The position numbers and the translations under genes are program-made. A stretch of DNA of 64,000 nt from Calcarisporiella thermophila CBS 279.70 (Eukaryota; Fungi; Calcarisporiellomycota), in NCBI RefSeq assembly GCF_041956535.1, contig NW_027192197.1, forward strand, positions 445,829-509,828. Reading direction: 5' to 3'. Below the pieces are notes generated by a model, which was given only the letters and a program-made list of their open reading frames with translations, was not told where the DNA came from and did not search any database. This document shows positions 53,957 to 64,000 of the stretch, piece after piece (the first letter of the stretch is position 1; each line of letters opens with the position of its first letter).

Positions 53957-56002
53957 TTACATATAGGGAGCATAGGGACCTGACTGTTTATATTGCCATT
54001 GTTGGGGTGGTGGTTGAGGGTATGAAGGATAATATGGCATCTGTTGTCTTTGATAAAAGCTTAGATTGCGAGGATTCATTTGTGACATTGGGTCTACTGG
54101 CTGCGATGTTACTGGCTGCGTAATACCCCACATTTGACCAGAACGACACTGATGATCACGCTGCATTTGAAGCGGAGTAGAATACATTACCTGCTGTGGC
54201 AATCCCCAACTGTCCGATCTTCTCATTGGAGCCATCGAAGGAAGTTGTTGGGAGAGATTGAGTTGATTAGAGAAATACCGCCCATGATCAGGAGTGATCA
54301 TCGAGGCGCCCAAAGAATTTTCAGTATACATCATGTGCGGCATATGATTACACTTGCAACGTGCACCCAGGCTTTTTTGGCCCATCTGCTGAGGAAATGA
54401 TGTGTTGCCAGGATCATGGTGCAAGCAGGGATGATGATGTTCTTCTGGCCAGGGATTAGCCGCATTCACGTTCTGAACACACAAAGGCATGAGTGGCCGA
54501 TTATCTTCTGAAACTACGGGAGAAGATGGAGGAGTGACGCATGACGCATTGGATCCTGTACAAGTCTTGCTTGACGATCTTGAGAGTGATGCTTCTGAGC
54601 TACTATCAATTGAGTCGGTGAGATGGATTGGAATCTGGCTTCTACCATGTTTTAGAGGCAGCTCATTTCCAATAAAGGCGGTTGATGCCTTCAACTTTCC
54701 CTTTGTATACTTGCTTGATGTTGGATCGGCTACCACGGTTTTTAACATTCCGGCAATAGGCTTCTCGTCATCGTCATCCTCGACTTGCTTCACAATTTTA
54801 TCGTCTTCACTCTCATCGTCAGATGAATCGGAAGATTCCGAGGATTCTGAGGATTCTGAATCCTCTTCCTTTTGATTTTTCCAAGCACGCGCAAGATGTC
54901 CAACAGATCTCTTTCCTCCTTCAGATCTAGTTGTATCGCCACATGATTCCGATTGTCGTCTTGGTAGAGGCTGTTTCATTGCAACCTCGGCATTCCATCC
55001 GCGTCGGAGTTCAACATGCGATTTGCTCCTCATATGTCTTCCCTGCTGTTGGTAGTTTTCCTTGCAAGCTGCGTCTTCTCCATTATAATGATTTGAATAT
55101 GAAGAATTCTGGAAATGTGGATTGGGCTTTACTCCAGTAGGGAACGGTAGAGATGGCGGGGGAGGCGGAGGAGGTGCAATATTTGCATGACAATCAATGC
55201 CAATGCCAATGCTAGCGCTCATCCCATGCAAAGGCGCTCCAATCGGCATCGCAATCGGATAGTTTTCATATGCAGGCGTTAAGAGTTGCTCTGGGATGAA
55301 TTTGCTCTCTTGTCTATGGCGGTCTTTCATGCGCTCTAATATGGATGCTGTAGGATCCGTATGTACTTGTTTGGCCCAGTTTTCCACCTTACGATCCAAG
55401 GGAGCACCAGGACGCCCACCAGACTGTCGTCGGCGTGTGCGTAAATCTCTCAAATGCTCATCAGTTTTGGTTGTACCATCAGTTTCTTCACCACTTGATT
55501 CATCATCGCTATCCTTAAGTGTTTTGCGACGCGAGCTTGCATCGTCAGCAACCTTTTTGCCCAAGTTGGGTGAATTAACGGAAACAGGGACACTGAAGCG
55601 GGATTCAGGTTGGAGGGGTGAGCGATCAGTCGATGATGGAGCGACATTTGAGGGAGCGAAAACGGAGATTGGATCAATGTCCCCAATAGCAAGCCTATTA
55701 GATAATTCCAGCGCAAGCGAAATATCGGTTTTCAGATTTCCGCCTTGATTTTCTAAAATTACGGTTAATATCGGATCCGTTAGAAAATCAATATAAGGTC
55801 AAATACCTTTTTTTTCTGTGTCGGGTTTGGTATCTAACTCAACGAGAATTTCGTCCAAAAGTGTTTTTCTTTGTTGACCAACACCTGCTGTTGACACATC
55901 ATCTATGTCTTCAAGAGGTGACCCAAGAAATGAAGCAGGTTGCCCAGTCTTTTTGTCAGTTGACTCCCTTTTGGTTTTCTTGCCGAATGGAAAGATACCC
56001 AT
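53957..56002 (-). CDS. Hypothetical intrinsically disordered protein, about 660 aa, 2 exons
   Basis: Exon 56002-55807 and exon 55752-53957 join in frame through a GT-AG intron. The long ORF has acidic/Ser, poly-Pro and Gln/Met/Pro-rich segments and no recognisable domain. Confidence 0.75.
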
Positions 56003-57608
56003 CTTGTATAAGGAAAATGTGGTTACAAAGTGATAATAGTATAATAATATAATAATGCGATAGGATGATATATGATAATTGATAAATAAAGATAAAAGGA
56101 TATACCAACAAAAGATAATAAAAGAGAAAAGTGGAGAAAACTTCGAATAAGAAGAGAGAGGATGAGGAAAAAAAAATGATAATTATAGGGGGGAGGGGAA
56201 TGCAAACAGCCAGCCGGATATGATTATATAAACTTGTAGTAAAATTAGTTGGTTTAGCAAGTGAGAATGCCGGATTTCGGAAAAAGAAGTATGAACTAGG
56301 GTCTATTCTACATTGGCCAAAATATTGAGTTCTTCTGTAGCTTGTAACAGCAGCAAGAGTGTTGTAACAACCAAAATGATCATCCCGCATTCTTCCCAAT
56401 TTTGGCTATCCTGCAACATAGAACACATCCTGGGTAATGTAAAAAGAAGCTATTTTAGCTTTATGAATGCATGCTACTACAAGTTTGCGGGGAAGATGGA
56501 TAGGAGGAAAAGAACTTAACGAAAATCGTTGCTCTTGAACGAGAGGAGAATATTATCAAAACTAACACCATCTTTTGAAAACTTCCATTTATATTTAGGA
56601 GAATTGGACTGTATTACTTGAAAAAATAATAAGTGATATGTACCTATGTAATAACTGGCAATAATTTGCCACCACATTGTAGCTTAATTTTATAGCAGCC
56701 ATTCCAAATTTGGTAATTCACCTCAAGCATCTGCTTGGTAAAATATTTGTTAGCTTGTTTATTTTAGCTTCAAGTGAAAAATGCGAAAAGTTCGTTCCTC
56801 TCTCGACTAAACATATTTATTTTTTTTTAATGGGCAGCCTCTTCAACAGTTACGCATGGTGAGTAACGCTACTAAAAGCACAAAGGTTAATCACAATGGG
56901 CTAGTGTAGATTATATCAGTCATAATCGCCTCTATTTTTCTACTGATTCTAAGGTTAGATGAATGAATCAAAAAATAATAAAACAGTTCAAAATCTCAAA
57001 TAGATGCAAACGTTTTCAATTAATACAATTGAAAATATTAATTATATTAATAGATAGTATGCCAATCAACGAAGACATTTGCGGGGATCAGTCCTAAGGC
57101 GAAAATGAATTTGAGGCAGGAAAAAACATCTCAAGCTTGCACTGAGCTATTTAAATCTTCAATGAAAAAAAAAACAAATATTTACAACTGTATGATAAAT
57201 AATTTCATAAATCCTGAAAACCCTGATAATATCTAATCCAAATCTTAAAATGGATAATTTCGATTGAAATATGCCCCGATATCTCAATCGGCCCTACCTT
57301 TATTAATATTAGCTCTTCTCTCTATATTGACTATAATACCATTGTTAAATTTTCATTGCATGCCACGCGAAGTTTTCTAGTGCACCACTTTCTGAGAGTG
57401 ACAGGGAAAATCTATTAGATTTTTGGTAGTGTCAGAAATTTCGATAAAAAAATTCGGAGTTTATTATAGTTATTATATAAGATTTAATATCATATCAGGA
57501 TTTAATTTCGTTAAAAAATTACTACGGGCAACTGTATTAGATCGTAATAGAGAAATATAACTAATTTGATCGAAAAAATTATACCGTAGTGGCTAAAATT
57601 TTCTAGTA

Positions 57609-58534
57609 TCACTTGTTATTGCGGCAGTACGAACTAGCATAAACCGTTTGCGTTACGGTTTGTGTGGCAGTAACAGTTACAGGAGGAGGGCAGTGAGAGC
57701 CGCCAAAGTTATTGTTGCTGTTGATGTTGTTGTTAAAGCTGTTGTTGTTATTGTTGTTGTTGAATTGGTTATTATTTCCAACATTGTTAATAGTGCCAAC
57801 GTTGTTGTTGTTGCCGGCTTGATTGTTAGTGTTGTTGTTACCAACATTGGTGTTCGTGTTGTTGTTGCCGTTGTTTATGTTGTTGTTGTTACCATTATTG
57901 GCGTTAGTGTTGCCGCTGTTGGTGTTGCCACTGTTGGTGTTTCCGTTGTTGCTGTTAGTATTGCCGTTGTTGGTGTTGCCACTGTTGGTGTTTCCATTGT
58001 TGGTACCATTGTTACTGTTAGTGTTGCCACTGTTGGTGTTGCCGTTGTTGCTGTTGGTATTGCCGTTGTTGGTACCATTGTTGCTGTTAGTGTTACCGTT
58101 GTTGTTATTACTGTTATTGTTGTTGCTGTTGGTGTTGCCGTTGTTGCTGTTGTTGTTGTTGCTGTTGTTGTTGGGCGGGTAAATTGTAGTAACTCCAGGC
58201 ACGGTTACAGTAGGGATAGGTTTGTCGGCGGTAAGCGTGGCAGTCACCGTCACGGTAGTAGGTCTTCCAGCCGGGTTGGTGGCAATTCCGGTGACGGTTA
58301 CGGTAGTAACTCTAGGAGGAGGGGGGGGGAGGAGGAGGACGAACCACAGGACCACCTGGATAAACTGGATAAACAGGGCGCGGGAGGGGGAGGAGGGGGA
58401 GGAGACAACAGCGCATGCTTCTTAGCGAGGAGCAGAGCTAGCAAACCCAGGGTTCGCTTTTCATGAGTCGGGGCGGCTTCGGTGGTAGCCACAAGAGCCA
58501 GAGCAGCTGAGACAAGAAAGGCGGTAACCTTCAT
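57609..58534 (-). CDS. Secreted Pro/Thr/Asn-rich low-complexity (cell-wall-like) protein; frame disrupted at poly-C tracts in this assembly
   Basis: Signal peptide MKVTAFLVSAALALVATTEA, then APTHEKR (Kex2-type site), poly-Pro, TTVTVT motifs and a long Asn/Gly/Thr repeat. The N- and C-terminal parts lie in different frames. Confidence 0.75.
57710..58173 (-). repeat. Degenerate (AAC)n coding repeat giving NNGNTNS/GNTNS units
   Basis: GTT-rich tandem array on the + strand with recurring gttggtgttgccactgttggtgtt units. Confidence 0.9.
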
Positions 58535-60203
58535 GATTAATTGAATGACTGTGTGGGGTTTAAACGATTGGGAGTGTTGTTGTAGATGAGGATTGAATGA
58601 GATACTTTTCTAAAGAATGTCCCCCCTCCTTTTATATCCATCCACGTTGAAGGTCCGAGGTTTCGGTCGCGTTACCATCAACTAATATACCTGGTTTCAG
58701 TCAACATCGTTTTCAAAGCGTAGCTTTAGCCCTAGTATATGAACCTCGAATGGCCCGAGTTTCGAATTTGATTGTCCTGGATTGTCACCATGATTTAACC
58801 AGTATAGATATAATTTGCCAATTTAGGAGATAATTATTGCAGTGTATCCTCATCGAGGGCGCATTTGATGTTCGAGAATTCTATCTACGCAACCATTTCG
58901 ATTTTGAAAGCAGCAAACCGATCACCGCAAAGGAAATACATAATAAACTCTGAAAGGTTTCAAATCGAATACGGTTAATGCTTCCCGCGATAGATTGCTG
59001 ATGGACAACCAATTGATTGTATTTCTATTTCCAACTCTTATGCTCGAGTATTTGAATGGATTTTCACTCTAAAAACTGGATCGTATAACACAAATACAGT
59101 AATGTCAAAATTAAGCTATAAGTGCGAACGGGGTAGTTGGTCATATCAGCACTGAGATCGCTTCCCTGGGTACGACATGGCCAGGGAAGGGGTTACCGCA
59201 AATCATGCAAAGTGCGCAAGACAAGAGGCTCTACGCAAAGCACAGACCATGTTTTTAATTCTGAAACCTAAGCTATGGAAAATTACCAGATATGGATAAA
59301 GGAACCAGATAGCCTTATACACAGAGAAATGGCTCGGCTGTTTAACCTCATTATGTAAACTTACCACCCCCTCTAAACCATTAGAAGAGTCTTTCTTTTA
59401 GTACTGTCTTGAAAACTAATCAGGACATTAGTCAGGCTATCTAAGTCGCCTAACTACGTGTGAGGAAGTCAAAGAAACATTGGCGAAGAGAGAGAAATCT
59501 AAGCGGTTACTCCGCATACGCTTTGAGTGAATGCAAGCGGCCAGATGCCGCAACCTAAGAGGAGAATGGCAAACATTTGTTATAGATTCAGATTTCTAAG
59601 GTGTAAAGTCTACCGAAGCACAAATCATGTGCACTACCAATATTCATCAAGTGGATATGTGGATCTTGTCTTGGTTCTGAAGTGAGAGGAAAGGGTCGCA
59701 TGCACCTTCAGTGCCCTTCCGATATTCAATACTTTCTATTTCAACCACGCTAAAGAGACTCCCTCTCACCTGGCTTTCACCCATCGGCCATGCCTATATT
59801 ATTACAATGCTGATGTATAAATTATTTTATCATCATTGTATCCGCCTTTTTACTATTCATCAAAAAAAAAAACTTAATAATCTTATTTGTTATACCGGAT
59901 TTTTGAGAAACGTTTATACTTGAATGATGAATTTTTTTACCTTAATTAACCTTGATTTCAGATGTAATATTCTGCGAACAAATATCCATTGATTATCCCT
60001 CTAGGATATTTTAAATGTGGTGACGTCTAAGGTAGACGTTAACCAAATACTTACACCCCTCGTTTTTGCTCTCGAAATCTCTTTCCGAACATTTCCTATA
60101 TAGAGCGAATAACGAAAGGCAAGTGTAGCAAAAATTATTATTCATTCAGCGAAGCTCTATTGCTAAATATTGCATATTTTTTCATCTCGTTTAGTAAGTA
60201 AAA

Positions 60204-60908
60204 ATGGCTTCTCGCCTCGCACTGTCGAATTTCTTACGTCAAAATCGCGTACTTTATGGCGCTGCACGTGGCCAAAGCATGCGTTTCCACGCTGGTATAG
60301 ATCTTTTTGTTGTCGCCAGCTTATATTGTTCTTATTCATTACTTCTTTTGCAATAGGTCCTGTGTCTGCCATTCAGGCTTCCAAAATCGTCGAAGCAACT
60401 GGTAATGCCCTAAAACATGCTTCTGGCACTCAGCTCTTTTTAAAGCTTACCCCTACCACTCTTTTTGTTTACTAGCTGCCGACAAACCTGTTGTGGCCGA
60501 TGACTCTGGTAAGTGATGATCCCGCTATTATTATCTAGTGTGATAATCTAATTTTATTCGAATTTAGTTGTCAAGCTCCCTCCTACAAACCGCATGGAGG
60601 GGTCTTATCACTGGGATTTCGAACGCCTTTTGTCCGTTGCCCTCGTTCCTCTTACCGCCGCAGCGATGGTCCAAGGTGCTCATCCCGTTACTGATGCGTT
60701 GATCGGTGTTGTCCTCCCAATTCATTGTCATATTGGTTTCGATGCCATTATTACGGATTATGTGCCTCATCGCAAGATGCCGGGATGGAACAAATTGGCT
60801 ACTTGGGGCTTGCGTATCGGAACAGTGTTGACACTCTATGGATGTTACGAAATCAACACAAATGATGTTGGCTTGACTGAGCTCACAAAGAAGGTATGGA
60901 ATGCGTAG
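60204..60908 (+). CDS. SDH4: Succinate dehydrogenase membrane anchor CybS (Sdh4/Tim18 family), 4 exons
   Basis: Arg-rich mitochondrial presequence MASRLALSNFLRQNR, then GSYHWDFER, HCHIGFDAIITDY and TNDVGLTE. Confidence 0.95.
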
Positions 60909-61156
60909 ATTAGAGCAATAAAAATCCATTACTTTTACTTTTTCCTGATCTTGATATATAATTTTTCCCCCCTCTTCTTTTTTTCTTTTCCCCTCCCCAT
61001 TTCTTCGTTTGTAATAAAAAAAAAATTCAAGACTTCATATAAGAGGGAGACAGTGCTAGATTGATTGAATAGGAGTAGTGACACATGGAGGATGTAAATT
61101 GACATTTCGTTTGGTATAAAATGAAGTGAAAAATTCTTGTATTAGATGTACAATTT

Positions 61157-61429
61157 TTATAATTCTTCTCTTTTTACTCTTTGTCTCGGGATTTGAATCG
61201 ATGCATCAACCACTCCAGGCAAGTCTTTTAATGCACTTGCTACACTGTCGGCATCGCTTCCCTGCTTGATGTAGACCAAGAAAGCGTCTGGAATCGGCTC
61301 GAGTGGAATAACACGTTCAACAGAGGGATGAATGGATGACCATGAAGGCTGGGAAGTAGCAGGCTGAAGAGTTACTGCAATTGTGGGAGTGTTATTCTGA
61401 GGGGTGGTAATCGGTGGCGGATCTGGCAT
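61157..61429 (-). CDS. 90-aa free-standing kexin/furin (S8B) prodomain-like protein
   Basis: TIAVTL...HPSVERVIPLEPIPDAFLV...ALKDLPGVVDASIQIPRQRVKR-EEL*. By eye this resembles convertase prodomains ending Q-x2-R-x-R-x-K-R. Confidence 0.65.
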   Translation of the reverse strand: MPDPPPITTPQNNTPTIAVTLQPATSQPSWSSIHPSVERVIPLEPIPDAFLVYIKQGSDADSVASALKDLPGVVDASIQIPRQRVKREEL

Positions 61430-61699
61430 CTCAAAGAAGAGAGAAGGGATAGAAGAGGGTTGAATTGGTGAGATGGAAATGAAGTACGCCACTTAAGTAT
61501 TATAGGGAATACGCCACAATTAATACATGGCATAGGAATGAAAGATTTCTATGATCCAGGTGGATCGTATTCCAGAACCATAGGCTAGCTTTAAACGATA
61601 TCATCTGTGATAAGTAAAGCATGTCACAGATGCATATCTGCTAGGTGACAAAAAACAATTTACAAAAAAGTAGTAAAGATCAAAAAATGGATGATATCA

Positions 61700-63594
61700 T
61701 TAATTTTCACTTTCTTGGTTCCTATCCATCAAGTGTCCTCGGACATCGCTCTCAGGCTGGCTGGCCTGCATGGCAATAAAGGGACTTTTAACCATGTCTA
61801 TCCGGGGCAATTTAGAATATTTTACCCAGGTTTTGTATGGCCTATTCGACTGAGATCCAGTGTCATCCATAGCTGACATGGTCGGGAATAAAGTATCCGA
61901 CGGGGAAGGGAGCGAAATGACGGAGGTCGAATTGGAATCAAACGTTGATGAAGAGGAATTCGTAGTAGGTTCGCTACCACTATTCTCACCAATACTCGAG
62001 TTCGGGCTACTCTTGTTTGACCCGGATCCCCTGCTCTCGATGCTCTTGGATGCAATAGGATTACGTCCAGCATCAGCCTGACCATCTTGGCCGCCGCTTC
62101 TATCCACAGAATAACTCCCGTGACCACCTCCATCAATAATTTCAGTAGGCGTGCTCACTGGCTGCTTTGTCCGGCACATACCCTCCTTCTCGCCCCTATT
62201 GATATGCTTATATTCACCTATTGATCCATCCAACGGGTTAGACTTGTGCCCAATATGCATTTCTCTATCTTCGCACTCCACCCCCCTTTTATCTTTATTT
62301 CCGACCCTATTCTTAATTGGAAGCGATGTGTCGTTATGAATCTTTGAACGCTTGCGGGCGTGGGCCGTCGCTGAGCTTCCAGCCGCCTCCTGCCGCGCTT
62401 TGAATTCGTTTAGATATTCCTTGTATTCTTTGTATTCAGGAGTCTTTTCATACTCTGCCAGTTTTGCCAAATACCCACCCTTCTCTTTCGAGGCCGCTGA
62501 TTCGTATTTTTCTCTCTCGTTTGATTCCAGGGCTTGCCAGCGATTTCCGACGATCTTTGCAATGTCAGAGAATGAAAGATTCGGTTCCCGGCCAAGCTCA
62601 GCTCGAACAGTATTCGCAAACATAACGTAAGCTGTCGGAGGTTTCACTGGCGCGTTGGGATCTGGTTTAGCATGGCGGCGATAGCGCCGCTTCTGATGAT
62701 TTGGATCACTGCCCTGATCGCCGTCATCATTTAACATATTATCGCTTGAATAGTTAGAATTGGAGGTAGGAAGTTGGTTCGAGGCCTCAGAAGCACAGGA
62801 TAATGCACCTCTAGTGGAAAGTGCTACAGTAGCAGGGGTAATATCTCGGCGATTAGTGTCGTTAGGGCTAGTTCTTGTGTTGGCTCTTCCAGGCAATAAT
62901 ACAGGCACAGTTCTCGGAATTCGCTCCCCTTCAACTTGTCGGTCAGGTGCCGGAGGCAAATGGATCGGAAATAGGACCCGGTGTTGTGGAGATATTGCTT
63001 CGGGCGAATTGCGTGCGGAACTCAATCTGCAGTCGTTCGAAGAGAAGGTTGCATTCGGAGGTGAAAGGCTAGCCACGAAAATGCTTGGGTTCGGATGGCC
63101 TGGCGAACGATGTGTGCTTGGATATACAGGCAAATGGTGAGATGGAGAATTTACGCAGCCATTATTTAGCGCTATTTCATGTTGGAGAAGGCGGCGATGC
63201 CCGCGCTTTACGCCCATTGCGATGAGATCGGCCTCGGTCACCTCAAATACCTTAATATTCCGCCATCATAGTAAGCTCACAATGCAAGTTACAAATTAGT
63301 GTTGTTCCAACTCACGGCATCTATCCGATCAAATCCTTCCTCAAGAAAACGATTGATATACTGCTCGAGACGCAGACGTGTTAGGAACTCAGCTACACCT
63401 TCTTTCCGCGCACGGCTTCGGGGAGATTCTGAGAGTAAATGTGGTTGTGACTGAGAGGCCTCTTGAGAGAAAGAGAGTGGCTCTTTGGATGGAAGCTGAG
63501 GCCGGGACGGAAACACGGAATAATGTAAATGCGGGGGGGATGAAAGAGGCTTAGGTTGATCTTGCGAGGGCAATTGCTTGTCTAGATTATGCAT
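61700..63594 (-). CDS. SAM-domain plus HMG-box protein, 2 exons (intron 63251-63315)
   Basis: SAM region VAEFLTRLRLEQYINRFLEEGFD...VTEADLIAMGVKRGHRRLLQHEI; HMG box KPDPNAPVKPPTAYVMF...LSFSDIAKIVGNRWQAL...YEKTPEY. Confidence 0.9.
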
Positions 63595-64000
63595 AGCGCG
63601 TTGAACTAACTCATTTCATGCCATTGCTCTACAATTTTCTATGAAATGAGTATTAAAGGCCGTCTGCAGTGAGAGAACAGAAAAGAATAAAATAGAACGA
63701 AATGCCTTAACCATATATTGCATCTTATGCCGGCTTTAAGATTGATCGGAAGAGCGCTAGGCAACTTGGGCCAATGGTTCGTTGGTGACTAGTTCATCTC
63801 AGACTAGAAATCTTTTCCTAGTTTCAGTTGGCATATTCGAGTCCTTTTTCGTACTAGCCGTCTGATATTAATTAGCGAAACAGGGCAGTGGGGTTAAAGT
63901 GGGGCTTGAATCTTAACTCTTTCCATTCCATACCGTATCAGAGTGAGAAAATAAAATGCAATTTTATTGTGACATGGTCATCTTTCATAATGAACTATAC

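Noticed and set aside
57648-58466. 272-aa poly-Val and 119-aa poly-Leu ORFs on the + strand
   Set aside because: Antisense shadows of the (AAC)n repeat, which has no stops on the opposite strand; the signal peptide is on the minus strand.
61595-61645. Hairpin in the SAM-HMG 3' UTR as a SECIS element
   Set aside because: No AUGA/GA quartet geometry, and no in-frame UGA in the gene.
61700-63594. HMG gene as a sexM/sexP mating-type locus
   Set aside because: The box has the DPNAPxKP non-MATA signature plus a SAM domain, and no flanking triose-phosphate transporter or RNA helicase gene is visible.

Overview
Gene-dense, intron-rich eukaryotic DNA from a fungus. Short 55-110 nt GT-AG introns, a velvet gene, Nha1, Vrl1 and a FYVE-bearing BEACH gene point to an early-diverging lineage such as Mucoromycota or Zoopagomycota (inference). 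I can support about 23 protein-coding genes: velvet factor, NHA1, KU80, a DCAF4-like WD40 protein, an HSL-family esterase, a WrbA quinone reductase, CDC123, an S10 carboxypeptidase, NFX1/FAP1, PRE3, VMA5, SMD1, SEC24, a VRL1-like protein, a 13-kb BEACH-WD40-FYVE gene, SDH4, a SAM+HMG protein and several unknowns. I saw no tRNA, rRNA, CRISPR array or intact transposon. The best leads are small genes that annotation would miss or misread: (1) a 33-aa single C2H2 zinc-finger microprotein gene below the ORF cutoff (4473-4574, minus); (2) a 90-aa free-standing kexin/furin-prodomain-like protein ending RQRVKR-EEL with no protease attached (61157-61429); (3) a 204-aa disordered protein with ten S/T-P sites, degron-like motifs and an MCB/SCB-rich promoter (3323-4111); (4) a secreted Pro/Thr/Asn-rich gene whose frame breaks in two poly-C tracts (57609-58534). 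Exon boundaries were read by eye and no database search was run.
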